Below are positions 17,831 to 26,521 of a stretch of 40,093 nucleotides of DNA, piece after piece. Numbering within the stretch: the first letter of the stretch is position 1; each line of letters starts with the position of its first letter. The stretch lies in the IMG/VR virus record IMGVR_UViG_3300017971_000135; one strand, written 5' to 3'. The notes beneath the pieces were generated by a model that was not told the origin of the DNA, made no database searches, and was given only the letters and a program-made list of their open reading frames with translations. The DNA comes from a virus. Both the position numbers and the translations under genes were made by a program.

Positions 17831-19108
17831 TTACGACCGGGTTGCCAGACGCACAAACGGGCTGAGCGTGTTCGACCCCTTCGCCGGTGTCAGGGCGCTC
17901 TGCCACTTGGGCTGTCCGTCCACGCGGTAAATGAACCGGAACGCGTGCTGGTCGGTGGCGAACTGCACGTGAATGGAATCGGCCCGCTTCAGACCGCCCT
18001 TGTCCACGAGCAGATACTGGCTCATGTCCGCCAGCACGATATCGCCGACGGTCCCAAGTGTCTCACAGTGCTCGCACGGTATGACTGGGCGACCCATGAG
18101 TGTCGAGTACGGGCTCGCGGAGAGGCCGTTCGCCGGCATGTACACCGAAACACCACCCGTGCCGACAGTCTGTGCCATGGTCATAAGCTCGGGTTCGATG
18201 TCCTGGTTGATGAACCATGCCGCGTTGGCACGGCTCCTGCCCCACATACGGGCCCACATCTTCACGATGTTTTCGAACACGATAGTGGCAGCAGTCTGTC
18301 CGGCCTCGATCGCAACGTCAACCTTGCAGCCGGCGTTGAAAACACCCAAAGGCTCCTGCGTACCGGAGCCGCTGAAGACCGCCTCGTCAAGCAGGAAGGC
18401 GAACTCATCAGCAAACGCCTGAGTGGCAAACGACTCGAGCGCCACGGCGTCCTCGAGGACCTCCTCACTGGCGTAGTAGAGCCCGGCCAATTTCTTGAGC
18501 TTGAGCTCCATCTGTCCGAACTTCGGGGTCGATGCCGTGATGGTTCCGGCCTCGGGTATCCAGTACCCGAGGACTCCGCCCTGACGGTACCCGTTGGCAC
18601 GTGAGGTTTCCTTCACATAGTTCAGCGTAACCCGGTTGCTCGAGATGGAGTTGCGCGTGCAGCGACTCGCAACCTGCGACAGTTCGTATGCCCGCTTCAG
18701 AATAGCCGGGGCATGCTCAGGCTCGACGAGAAAAGCACCGTCCTCGCCAGACCCCTCGTTGCTGCCCAAAGCAGCGTTCTGAACGAGACGCGGGTCAGTG
18801 TTCGCCGGGTTCAGCTTTGCGTTACGCACGGCGATCAGGAACTCACCGAAGCCAGCCTTCCACTTCGGGCCGTCATCCTTCGGATCGACGCGGGGCGCCG
18901 GCGGATCGGCCGGGTCGTTCAAGTGTTTGTTCGTGGCGGCAACCTTCTTCTCCGCCTCGATCATGGCCTGCGCGTTCTCGATCTCCGCCTGGTGCTCCGC
19001 GAACTTCGCCTTCTCCTCGTCGGTGAAGGCCCGGTTCTCTTCCTTCGCCTTGGCCAGCAGGGCCTCCTGCTTTGCCTTGGCGTCCTTCATGACAGTCAAC
19101 CAGTCCAT
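17831..19108 (-). CDS. Major capsid protein, HK97 family
   Basis: 425 aa with an N-terminal coiled-coil delta-like region, followed by a core typical of HK97-family capsids. It follows the protease gene. Confidence 0.9.
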   Translation of the reverse strand: MDWLTVMKDAKAKQEALLAKAKEENRAFTDEEKAKFAEHQAEIENAQAMIEAEKKVAATNKHLNDPADPPAPRVDPKDDGPKWKAGFGEFLIAVRNAKLNPANTDPRLVQNAALGSNEGSGEDGAFLVEPEHAPAILKRAYELSQVASRCTRNSISSNRVTLNYVKETSRANGYRQGGVLGYWIPEAGTITASTPKFGQMELKLKKLAGLYYASEEVLEDAVALESFATQAFADEFAFLLDEAVFSGSGTQEPLGVFNAGCKVDVAIEAGQTAATIVFENIVKMWARMWGRSRANAAWFINQDIEPELMTMAQTVGTGGVSVYMPANGLSASPYSTLMGRPVIPCEHCETLGTVGDIVLADMSQYLLVDKGGLKRADSIHVQFATDQHAFRFIYRVDGQPKWQSALTPAKGSNTLSPFVRLATRS

Positions 19109-19139
19109 TTCGCTCCTCCTTCGGGAGTGTGGTTTGGTG

Positions 19140-19913
19140 TTACTGTGCCTTGTCGAGGACCTCCTGCGTGTTCTGCAGGGCGGTCTCGTACTCTGAGTAG
19201 TCGATGGGATCCGCCGGCGGCGGCTCCGGGTCCTGCTGCGGGCGCGGCGCCGGCTGCGCCGTAGCGGTGATGCCGAACCGCGACGCGTCGAAATTCTTGA
19301 ATCGGCCGACGTCGAACGTCATGCCATTGACGACGAGGCTTGACCCCTTGGCCGTGGCCGAGGCGAACGTCGACTCGTCGATCCTGTCCGCGAAGCCCTT
19401 CTCGACCGCCTCCTCGGCGGTCATCCAGGTCTCGGCGTCCATCATAGCCTTGACCTCGTCGTCCGAGACGCTCACCCGGTCGCTGTATGACTTCACGATC
19501 GGCTCGCGGATCTTGTCCAGGTCGTCGGCGACCTTGCGCAGGTCCTCGGCGTAGCCGAGCGCGATCGCCATCGGGTTGTGTATCATCACCATCCCGTTTG
19601 TGGCCATGACCCGCTCGTCGGCGCCCTGCAGCACCACCGACGCGATGCTGGCAGCCATGCCGTCGACATGGGTCGCCACCGCGGCCGGGTGCCGCTTCAG
19701 GATGTTGTACAGCGTGAACCCGGCGAAGACGCTCCCGCCGGGCGAGTTGATATGCACGTTGAGCAGGTCGATATCGCCGAGGGCGTCGAGCTCCGCCTTG
19801 AACTCGTTTGGCGTCACGTCGTCCTCGTACCACTTCTCATCGGAGATGACGCCGTAGATCTGCACCTCCGCGGTCTTGTTGCCCTGGTTGGTGATTCTCC
19901 ACCACTTGGCCAT
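19140..19913 (-). CDS. ClpP-like prohead (head maturation) protease
   Basis: INSPGGSVFAGFTLYN and GMAASIASVVL..AD.R.M..N..MMIHNP are ClpP-family motifs. Confidence 0.9.
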   Translation of the reverse strand: MAKWWRITNQGNKTAEVQIYGVISDEKWYEDDVTPNEFKAELDALGDIDLLNVHINSPGGSVFAGFTLYNILKRHPAAVATHVDGMAASIASVVLQGADERVMATNGMVMIHNPMAIALGYAEDLRKVADDLDKIREPIVKSYSDRVSVSDDEVKAMMDAETWMTAEEAVEKGFADRIDESTFASATAKGSSLVVNGMTFDVGRFKNFDASRFGITATAQPAPRPQQDPEPPPADPIDYSEYETALQNTQEVLDKAQ

Positions 19914-19916
19914 GGG

Positions 19917-21191
19917 TTACTCCCTTCTCGACTCGATGAGGGCATGCACCTCATCGGTGAGCTGTTTCAGCTGGTCATCGGCGCCAGTCGTCCCCGCCGC
20001 CGTCATGTTAACCGGCTGCAGGTAGATGTCGCCGTTCTCGATTCGGTTCATGTTGAGCAGCCGGCGGATGTCGTTCACCGACAGCCAGCCCCACTGCCGG
20101 CCGCGGGCGAACGCATCGGCCATGCTTTTCGAGTCGCCGCGCAGCAGCGCCGCCATGTTGTACTCGAGGTAGTAGCCGTCCTGGCGCTGCTTGTGGCTGA
20201 GCAGCTGCGCGTTCGCGCAGGACTCCCACCGCTTGAACCAGGGCAGCATCGTGTACATGGCGAACTCGAGGGACTGGTGCTCGATGTTGTTGTTTGTCGC
20301 CCGGTCCAGGTTCTGCACCATGTGCATCGGCACTCGGTAGATTCGGCAGATGTCCTCGATCTGGAATTTCTTGCTCTCGAGCAGTTGCGCGTCGACCAGG
20401 TTCAGCTGGAAGGGGATAAAGTCGAGCCCATCCTCGGCGAGGATCGGCTTGCCCTTGTTCAGAAAAGAGCCGTAGTTTCCCTCGAGGTCTTTTTTCAGGC
20501 GCTTGTACGCTTCGGGCTCCAAGCTCTTCGGGTGTTTGAACAGCCCCGACGGCGCTATGCCGTTTTGGTAGTACTTGATCCCGAACGTCTCGTAGCTGAG
20601 CCCGAGTTTAATCGCTTGGGTGGCGTAGGAGATCGGCGACATGCCCGTGATGCCATTCATGGTCGGGCCGGGCACGTGAAACACCTGCCGACGGTCATAG
20701 GATCGTTTCTCGGCACCGGGCCCGCCTTGGCTGTACCGATAAACAATGCCGCCCGACTCCTTGCTCCGCTCGATGGTCAGGTTGTTCATGAGGAGCGGAG
20801 ACAGCGAATGCAGCCCGCCGCCGTTCGTGCGTCGCACCAGGGCCACGAAATTGCCCCCGGTGTTGAGCTGATACATGCCCATCTCGGCCAGGTGATACGC
20901 GCTCATCTCCTCATTCGGCACGTTGTGCAACAGTTCGTACGCGTCCGTATCGCGGGTCCGCTCGCGGTCCCGGTCGTCGATGCGCTTGTATTCCATCACC
21001 GGCACGCTCGCAAATGTCTCGGCGAGGACCCGGCAGCAACCGAACACGGCCGAGAACTTCATGGCGCGATCCTCGGTGACCGCAATCTCTCCGTCGCCAT
21101 CCGAGGGGTCCTTGCCAGACAGCCAGTCCCGCATGTACTGATCCCACGAGGCCTGGTTCAAGGCGATCTTCATGCGACCGAAGACGTTCAT
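19917..21191 (-). CDS. Portal protein, HK97 family
   Basis: 424 aa, with its ATG overlapping the TerL stop (ATGA). Both the position and the sequence style fit HK97-type portals. Confidence 0.9.
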   Translation of the reverse strand: MNVFGRMKIALNQASWDQYMRDWLSGKDPSDGDGEIAVTEDRAMKFSAVFGCCRVLAETFASVPVMEYKRIDDRDRERTRDTDAYELLHNVPNEEMSAYHLAEMGMYQLNTGGNFVALVRRTNGGGLHSLSPLLMNNLTIERSKESGGIVYRYSQGGPGAEKRSYDRRQVFHVPGPTMNGITGMSPISYATQAIKLGLSYETFGIKYYQNGIAPSGLFKHPKSLEPEAYKRLKKDLEGNYGSFLNKGKPILAEDGLDFIPFQLNLVDAQLLESKKFQIEDICRIYRVPMHMVQNLDRATNNNIEHQSLEFAMYTMLPWFKRWESCANAQLLSHKQRQDGYYLEYNMAALLRGDSKSMADAFARGRQWGWLSVNDIRRLLNMNRIENGDIYLQPVNMTAAGTTGADDQLKQLTDEVHALIESRRE

Positions 21192-22957
21192 AGACTCCGC
21201 ATCCCCCGCTTTTCGTACACGCTGACCTCGGCCAGAATGGCGCGAGTCATGGCGTTCATGAGGGCGGCCGCCAGATCAATCCGCTGGCTGTCGTCCTTCG
21301 TCTTCTTATTGAGCTTGATGTTGTCGTTGCTGTCCGACACCTCGCGGGCATTGGACAGACACCAGGTCAGCAGCGGGCTGCCATCGTGCACAACCCGGTC
21401 CTGCAGCACGAGCTCGCGGAATTTCTTCGTCGGCTCGCTCAGCGTCTGGACACCCTGGCGCACCTCCACGCACTCGTACCCATCATCATCCATCACGTTC
21501 GCGAGCTGCCGGGCGCCGTACGGATCGAAGCAGAACTCCACCACGCGCCAGCCAGCTTCGAGCTCGCGGTCGTGTATGTACTGCTTGATGTACCGATCGT
21601 CGGTTACGTTGCCGGGGGTCAGTGTGCACCATCCCTCCGCGGCCCAGTCTTTGTACGGCACCCGGTCAGTGTGCTCGTGTTTCGTCGCCGTCTCCTCGGG
21701 CATGAATCCGTGGGCGCACACCGCGAACCGCTCATCGTCCAGGGGAAACACGAACGCAGCTGCGGTCAGATCAATGCTCTTCGACAGGTCTACCCCGACG
21801 TAGGCTCTCTTATCTCGGACCAGGTTGGCGAACTTGCGACGAGACACAGCCAGGCCCTTCCACCGCCCCATGTGTCCACTCATGTACCGGTCCTCACTGT
21901 CCACCTGCCAGAGGTTTGCGCGCTTTATCATCCACTGGCGCTTCTTGGAGTTGTCGCCAGAATTGAACGCCAGGTCGTGCTCCTCCTTGACCTCCTCGCG
22001 CAGCAACGTCGAGTACTCGCTGCCAGCGCGAAAGAGCGGGTTCGCCTTCTCCCAGACCTTCTCGTTGTGGGGGTCATCGTCGGAGTCGAGCTCGAAGATG
22101 ACGCCGAAGTAGGACTCGTTCGAGATGGTGCCGTCGAGGACCTTCTTGACGATGTCGTCCTCGATCTTGCACGGCTTGTTCTCGGCGTCCTCGCCGGCGG
22201 TCGTGATAATGAACTCGAGGCACTGAGCGCGCTTACCCTTGCCCGAGCTCGTCACGTCTTTCACCATGGAGGTGGGGTGGGCGTGGTACTCGTCGATGAT
22301 GATGATGGTCGGGGCGCCGCCGTCCTTGTTCTTCGTATCGCGGGACAGCTTCACCATCTTCCCGCCGCGGGTACGGTGTTTCACACTCGTCTTGCGCAGG
22401 TCCAGGCGCTTCACGATCTCCGGCGATGCCAGGCCCATCTCGCGCGCATCGCCCCACACGATGCTCGCCTGCTCGCGGTCGACGGCGCCGATGACCACCT
22501 CGGGGGCCCGCTCGAAGATGTACGACTCAGTGTCCTCAGCGTCGGCGGGCGGGTAGTAGGCATCACTGCACATGCCGTAATTGGCGATGGCGCTCATCAT
22601 GGTGCTCTTCGTGTTGCCACGAGCCACCCGGATGTACGCCGTCCGGAACCGGCGCCGGCCGCTCTCCTTGTGGACCCACCCGAAAACGGCGCCGAGAACG
22701 AACTGCTGCCAGGGCTCCAGGTCAATCGGCTGGCCAGCGTACGGCCCGCGGACGTGCCGACAGAGCCGGAACCACTGGAAGATCCTGTTCGCCCGGGTCT
22801 CATCGAAGGTCCACGCGAACCACTTGTCGCCCTTCGCGCACTTCAGATCGCGCAGGTGCCGCTCACAAGCCAGGCGCTCCCACTTGCACGCCACGTACTT
22901 GCCCGCAACCACATCACGGGCGTACTGCGTTGTGGGGTGCACGCGGCGCCTGCTCAT
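21188..22957 (-). CDS. terL: Terminase large subunit
   Basis: 589 aa. The N-terminus ...YARDVVAGKYVACKWERLACERHLRDL is typical of Terminase_1-type TerL. Contains a Walker-like GNTKST and an acidic IIIIDEYH. Confidence 0.95.
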   Translation of the reverse strand: MSRRRVHPTTQYARDVVAGKYVACKWERLACERHLRDLKCAKGDKWFAWTFDETRANRIFQWFRLCRHVRGPYAGQPIDLEPWQQFVLGAVFGWVHKESGRRRFRTAYIRVARGNTKSTMMSAIANYGMCSDAYYPPADAEDTESYIFERAPEVVIGAVDREQASIVWGDAREMGLASPEIVKRLDLRKTSVKHRTRGGKMVKLSRDTKNKDGGAPTIIIIDEYHAHPTSMVKDVTSSGKGKRAQCLEFIITTAGEDAENKPCKIEDDIVKKVLDGTISNESYFGVIFELDSDDDPHNEKVWEKANPLFRAGSEYSTLLREEVKEEHDLAFNSGDNSKKRQWMIKRANLWQVDSEDRYMSGHMGRWKGLAVSRRKFANLVRDKRAYVGVDLSKSIDLTAAAFVFPLDDERFAVCAHGFMPEETATKHEHTDRVPYKDWAAEGWCTLTPGNVTDDRYIKQYIHDRELEAGWRVVEFCFDPYGARQLANVMDDDGYECVEVRQGVQTLSEPTKKFRELVLQDRVVHDGSPLLTWCLSNAREVSDSNDNIKLNKKTKDDSQRIDLAAALMNAMTRAILAEVSVYEKRGMRSL

Positions 22958-23454
22958 CCGTCCCCGAACATGCTCTGCATGGCCGGGTCCTCCTTGTCCT
23001 TGTTGCTGGACCGCGTCAGCCCACTAATCCGAGACAGCGGAGTGAGGAGTAGCTCGCGATCCATGCGCTGCAGGGACTCGTTGAGCCTGTTGAGCATCGT
23101 ATCGACACGGTTGGTCGCCCGGATCTTCTCCTCGAAGGTCAGGCTGCGCTTCCGCATAAGCTTGTCCCGCATGTTGCGGACCTGCTCATAGTCGGCATGG
23201 GTGAGGCAACGCCGCTCGAGGAGCTTCACGTCGGCGTCTGTCAGGAAGGTCGCGCTACTGTCGCGGTAGAGTTTGACGATGCGCCGCCACTCGGCGAGGG
23301 CGGTTTTGTTGGCGCGAAGGCGGGCTGACTCTTTGAGGTCGACACTGCCGAGTACAATCTCGCCAGCCTGGCGGTCGGCGAGCTGCTTCTTGGTCCTGCG
23401 GTTCGGATTGCCCTCGAGGACCTGGAGCTGTACGGGTGTCGCTGGCCGTGCCAT
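22954..23454 (-). CDS. terS: Terminase small subunit, P27 family
   Basis: The N-terminus MARPATPVQLQVLEGNPNRRTKKQL is the characteristic P27-family opening. GGAGAGGG RBS. Confidence 0.85.
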   Translation of the reverse strand: MARPATPVQLQVLEGNPNRRTKKQLADRQAGEIVLGSVDLKESARLRANKTALAEWRRIVKLYRDSSATFLTDADVKLLERRCLTHADYEQVRNMRDKLMRKRSLTFEEKIRATNRVDTMLNRLNESLQRMDRELLLTPLSRISGLTRSSNKDKEDPAMQSMFGDG

Positions 23455-23483
23455 GCTGCCCTCTCCGCGCCCCGGATAAGGAA

Positions 23484-23518
23484 CGGGGCATGCAGGCTTG
23501 TGGGCCCCACATGCCCCG
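23484..23518 (-). other. Inverted repeat (hairpin) in the terS leader
   Basis: CGGGGCATG (23484-23492) and CATGCCCCG (23510-23518) are separated by a 17-nt spacer that holds an inner GTGGG/CCCAC palindrome. Confidence 0.4.
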
Positions 23519-23582
23519 CCCTACCAGGAGGTGAAGAAGTCGAACGCCGGCCAAGCGTCCGATGTTGCACATCCGCAACTTC

Positions 23583-23611
23583 AATATACCACCGTGGCGG
23601 GCAAATGTCTA
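23583..23611 (-). promoter_or_regulatory. Sigma70-like promoter facing terS (candidate late/packaging promoter)
   Basis: The minus strand reads TAGACA, a 17-nt spacer, then TGgTATATT (-35 at 23611-23606, -10 at 23588-23583, with an extended TG). Confidence 0.4.
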
Positions 23612-23825
23612 CTGTTTTGTGTAATTCTTACCGAGAAACGTCAGGGGTTCTGCGATACTTTCAAAAATTTGAGGTCAGCATACGGTCCGGCCGCCCAGAC
23701 TGGAAGGATTTCACCCCCCTATCCCCTCAAATGGTCGCATGTGTGCGTCTGTGTTGCGGTGGTGCAACGTAGTGGTCTAGCAGGATTGTACAGCGTGGGA
23801 GATACAGGAGCAGAGGGGTCTCTCT

Positions 23826-23853
23826 CCCCACCCCCCTATAGTCCCCCCTCCCC
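23826..23853. repeat. C-tract mirror repeat (G-rich on the minus strand), G-quadruplex / i-motif / H-DNA candidate
   Basis: The plus strand reads C4-A-C6-TATAGT-C6-T-C4, giving four G-runs of at least 4 on the minus strand. It lies 18 nt downstream of the HNH stop. Confidence 0.6.
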
Positions 23854-23871
23854 TCTCACGGAAACAGGGGG

Positions 23872-24240
23872 TCAGTCCATGTCCAGGTTCTCGTCCCACC
23901 GCCTGTGCTTGCGCCCATGGAGGCGCTCGTGGCAGTCGCGGCAGAGGGCCTCGAGGTTCTCGTCCCTGTTGTCGGTCGGGTCTCCGTTGATGTGGTGGAC
24001 CACGGTAGCAGGTACACCACGCCTGCCTGCAGCCGTGCACCGCCTGCACATCTGGTTCTCTGGGCGCCCCAGGAAGACACCCCTGCGCTTCTCCCAGAGC
24101 CTATCGTATCCTCGCTCCCTAGCCGAGGGTCTGCGGTCCTGCGGCTTCTCTCGTGGCCTGGTGTGCTCCTCGCAGTAGGGGGCACTGCAGAGGTTGTGGC
24201 AACCAGGGCGGTTGCACTCATGCAGGGCACGTCTAGCCAC
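23872..24240 (-). CDS. HNH endonuclease (terminase-associated)
   Basis: HHINGDPTDNRDENLEALCRDCH is an HNH motif, and the gene sits immediately upstream of terS. The start is uncertain. I prefer GTG at 24240 (GGGGAGG at 24252-24246, overlapping the upstream stop). The longest ORF starts at GTG 24276. Confidence 0.85.
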   Translation of the reverse strand: MARRALHECNRPGCHNLCSAPYCEEHTRPREKPQDRRPSARERGYDRLWEKRRGVFLGRPENQMCRRCTAAGRRGVPATVVHHINGDPTDNRDENLEALCRDCHERLHGRKHRRWDENLDMD

Positions 24241-24502
24241 CACGGCCTCCCCTGAGTAGGTTCTCAACGTCCTCACGACTCAGCACACGCTCGCCCTTCT
24301 TGGGCTGTACCACGATACCACCAGATGGGTACTCGGCCTGGGCCAGTACGCACCGCACAGATACTCGGGCCATATGGCAGGCCCACTCGACCATGATCAC
24401 GCGTGCTGCATAGGGCAGGCTCCGGTCAGCCATGATTGCGACTACTTGGCGATACCAAAAGACAATCACTCGGGCTACCTCGAGGGCTTTGTTGTAGTTC
24501 AT
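24233..24502 (-). CDS. Hypothetical protein
   Basis: 89 aa, with its ATG overlapping the ASCH stop (ATGA). Confidence 0.6.
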   Translation of the reverse strand: MNYNKALEVARVIVFWYRQVVAIMADRSLPYAARVIMVEWACHMARVSVRCVLAQAEYPSGGIVVQPKKGERVLSREDVENLLRGGRGG

Positions 24503-24978
24503 GACTCCCCCACTAGGGGCCTGTGCACTGGCCGGTGTATCCCGCCCTCAGCCAAGGGCCCATCGCCCACCGTGGTCACCCAGTCTACCTCGAACAACCC
24601 CTGCTTCCCACACACAGGGAACGGCTTGATGGGGGTGATGTTGTCCAATACCCATCCGTAGCGGTCCTGGGAGAAGTCACCGAACGGCCATTGGTCACGG
24701 TGCCGGCGGCTGGCCTCAACGTCGTTTGTTGAGAAGATGTCCACCAGGGCGGCGAGTGCAACAGCCTGACCGAAGTGGAGATCGTAGCGGCTGATATACA
24801 ACCCGTCGTCCATGAAGCTGTTGAGGACCGTCGCGAGCTCACCCTTCGGCAGACCACCCTTCGATGCGCATATCAGCAGCGGACCGCGGTATGCCGTGCT
24901 CCAGGATCTGGTTTCTATCCTCTTGTGCCCAAGGCGAATCAGGGTGGCCCACGGTTCCCACAGCGATAGTGCCTTCAT
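24499..24978 (-). CDS. ASCH domain protein
   Basis: ATG at 24978 (ATGA overlap with the upstream gene). MKALSLWEPWATLIRLGHKRIETRSW is the typical ASCH/PUA-like opening. Confidence 0.8.
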   Translation of the reverse strand: MKALSLWEPWATLIRLGHKRIETRSWSTAYRGPLLICASKGGLPKGELATVLNSFMDDGLYISRYDLHFGQAVALAALVDIFSTNDVEASRRHRDQWPFGDFSQDRYGWVLDNITPIKPFPVCGKQGLFEVDWVTTVGDGPLAEGGIHRPVHRPLVGES

Positions 24979-25241
24979 GCAGTTCTCCCCCGGTTCCTGA
25001 TATGCCGCTCCTGGTCCAGCCGCAGGTGACACCGCTGGCACAGAGCGATCAGGTTGAGCTCGCTGTTGTTGGTGCGGTCCCCGTCGATATGGTGGACGGT
25101 GAGGACCACCTTGCTCCCCGTCTTCCAGTGGGGCTTGCCCTGCTCTGCAGGACACAGCTCGCACTGTCCGTTGGCTCGCTTCCGGACCTGCTTCGACAGC
25201 CACTCCCAGTTGTCCGGGTAGTCGCTACGCTTCATCGGCAT
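24975..25241 (-). CDS. HNH endonuclease (second copy)
   Basis: CELC...LTVHHIDGDRTNNSELNLIALCQRCH is an HNH motif. Confidence 0.85.
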   Translation of the reverse strand: MPMKRSDYPDNWEWLSKQVRKRANGQCELCPAEQGKPHWKTGSKVVLTVHHIDGDRTNNSELNLIALCQRCHLRLDQERHIRNRGRTA

Positions 25242-25271
25242 GCGGGTACTCCCCCTTGTCCTGTGCGGTCC

Positions 25272-25568
25272 CTATGACGCACGGCTTATCCGGGCACATC
25301 TGGCCTGTCTGGCCGGGCTTGGCGAGCATGGGGCAGTCTGACACGTATACTCCTGCATCGTGGTGGCGGCATACTGTACTGGTGGCGGGCTGGACAACCA
25401 TACGTGGATTGCCACACCCGTCATCGCGCACCCACCCCTCAAAACCTCAGAACGATTCACCGGGCGGCCATCCGCCACAGCACTACACAACAACACGTAT
25501 AGCTTTGCCTGTCCGGTGCGCAATCGTGGGCGGTTCGGAACTCGTGAAAATGCTATCATGCCTGCCAT
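25272..25568 (-). CDS. Hypothetical protein (frame uncertain)
   Basis: ATG at 25568 with AGGGGG upstream. The competing ORF 25225-25431 in another frame has similar third-position GC by hand count, so this call is weak. Confidence 0.3.
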   Translation of the reverse strand: MAGMIAFSRVPNRPRLRTGQAKLYVLLCSAVADGRPVNRSEVLRGGCAMTGVAIHVWLSSPPPVQYAATTMQEYTCQTAPCSPSPARQARCARISRAS

Positions 25569-25601
25569 AGTTCACTCACCCCCTGTTACGTTGGTGGTGG
25601 G

Positions 25602-25913
25602 TTACTTGACTACCTTAACGTTGTACCCCAGCCTCTCGCTGATTTCGGCAACGGTCAACTCCTGGGCCTTACTGGTGGCTGCGGCGTGCTCGGCTTCGGT
25701 GAGGAGCTTGCCGTTGAGGTACCACTCCTTGCCACCGTCGGCGTACTCAATTGCAGGTCCGTCCTCCCGGTGGCGCTTGCCGTTGAGCCACCACACCCTG
25801 TTCCCGCTGGCGTCCTCAACTGCTGGTCCGTCCTCCCGGTGGAGTTTCCCGTTAAGCCGCCACGACCTGTCACCGTTTTCGTACACCCTGACATCGTAGG
25901 TTGTGTGGTTCAC
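25602..25913 (-). CDS. MORN-repeat-variant (YwqK-like) repeat protein
   Basis: GTG start at 25913 with GAGGAGGGAG upstream. Three repeats of W.LNGK.HREDGPA.E. Confidence 0.75.
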   Translation of the reverse strand: MNHTTYDVRVYENGDRSWRLNGKLHREDGPAVEDASGNRVWWLNGKRHREDGPAIEYADGGKEWYLNGKLLTEAEHAAATSKAQELTVAEISERLGYNVKVVK

Positions 25914-25937
25914 TCGTCTCCCTCCTCTGGTGGTGTG

Positions 25938-26264
25938 CTATGCCGTGACCTGTGCAATGGCCTGCCAGCATGCCGCATGGTACTGCTTCCATGCTGGCTG
26001 CTCGATGGCATGGTACTGCTTCCATGCTTGCCGCACGATGGCTAGGTACTGCTTCCATGCTCGCTGCCTGATGGCTAGGTACTGCTTCAGCTGTGCCGTG
26101 GTTAGCAGATACTGCGCAGCCCACTCAGCCTCCAGCCCAAGATCGTGTGCCTGAGCACAGGTCTCAGGGGTGATCTCTACGGACTCTCCCCAGCAGATAG
26201 CCACAAGTGCCACCTGATCCCCACAGGCACCCAGTTGCTCCAGCTGCTTAACGGTTACGCGCAT
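25938..26264 (-). CDS. Hypothetical protein with an internal 11-aa AWKQY repeat
   Basis: ATG at 26264 with AAGGAGAG upstream. The N-terminus has VKQLEQLGACGDQ, and the C-terminal half has RAWKQYLAI / QAWKQYHAI / PAWKQYHAA. Confidence 0.65.
   Translation of the reverse strand: MRVTVKQLEQLGACGDQVALVAICWGESVEITPETCAQAHDLGLEAEWAAQYLLTTAQLKQYLAIRQRAWKQYLAIVRQAWKQYHAIEQPAWKQYHAACWQAIAQVTA
25975..26093. repeat. 33-bp tandem repeat, about 3.5 copies, inside CDS 25938-26264
   Basis: Units at 25975-26007, 26008-26040, 26041-26073 and a partial fourth share ggtactgcttccatgc. Confidence 0.85.
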
Positions 26265-26296
26265 GGTTACTCTCCTTGTGTGACGCACCCGTGCGC

Positions 26297-26503
26297 CTAG
26301 CTCCCGGCGTACTGCGTCTGTTGGGTGCTGTTCGGCTGTGCATCCTTAGGCAGGGCGCGGAAACGTTCTGCGAGCGCAAGGAACGCCGATTCATCATACG
26401 CAAGCGACATGTTGGCATCTTCTCGCTCACGGTTCAGCGCACGCATACCCTCGCGCTCGCAAATCAACGCCTCAAACTCACACCAGAACACTCGCTCGTT
26501 CAT
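26297..26503 (-). CDS. Hypothetical small protein
   Basis: ATG at 26503 with GGAGGG upstream, 68 aa. Confidence 0.55.
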   Translation of the reverse strand: MNERVFWCEFEALICEREGMRALNREREDANMSLAYDESAFLALAERFRALPKDAQPNSTQQTQYAGS

Positions 26504-26521
26504 CGCGCCCTCCAATCGCGT

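Noticed and set aside
19578-21803. Very long plus-strand ORFs opposite the structural genes. Examples are 19578-21803 (741 aa), 21386-23191 (601 aa), 10547-11839, 14795-16072 and 13501-14670.
   Set aside because: These are shadow ORFs typical of high-GC DNA. Their translations are Arg/Pro/Ala/Gly-rich and low in complexity. They lack an RBS and lie antisense to genes with clear family motifs (portal, TerL, tape measure and others).
25225-25431. An alternative Cys-rich ORF (GTG 25431 or ATG 25401) that overlaps the start of the second HNH gene.
   Set aside because: It cannot coexist with 25272-25568. My hand-counted third-position GC is similar for both frames, so neither is proven. I listed the longer ORF, which has the clearer RBS, at low confidence.
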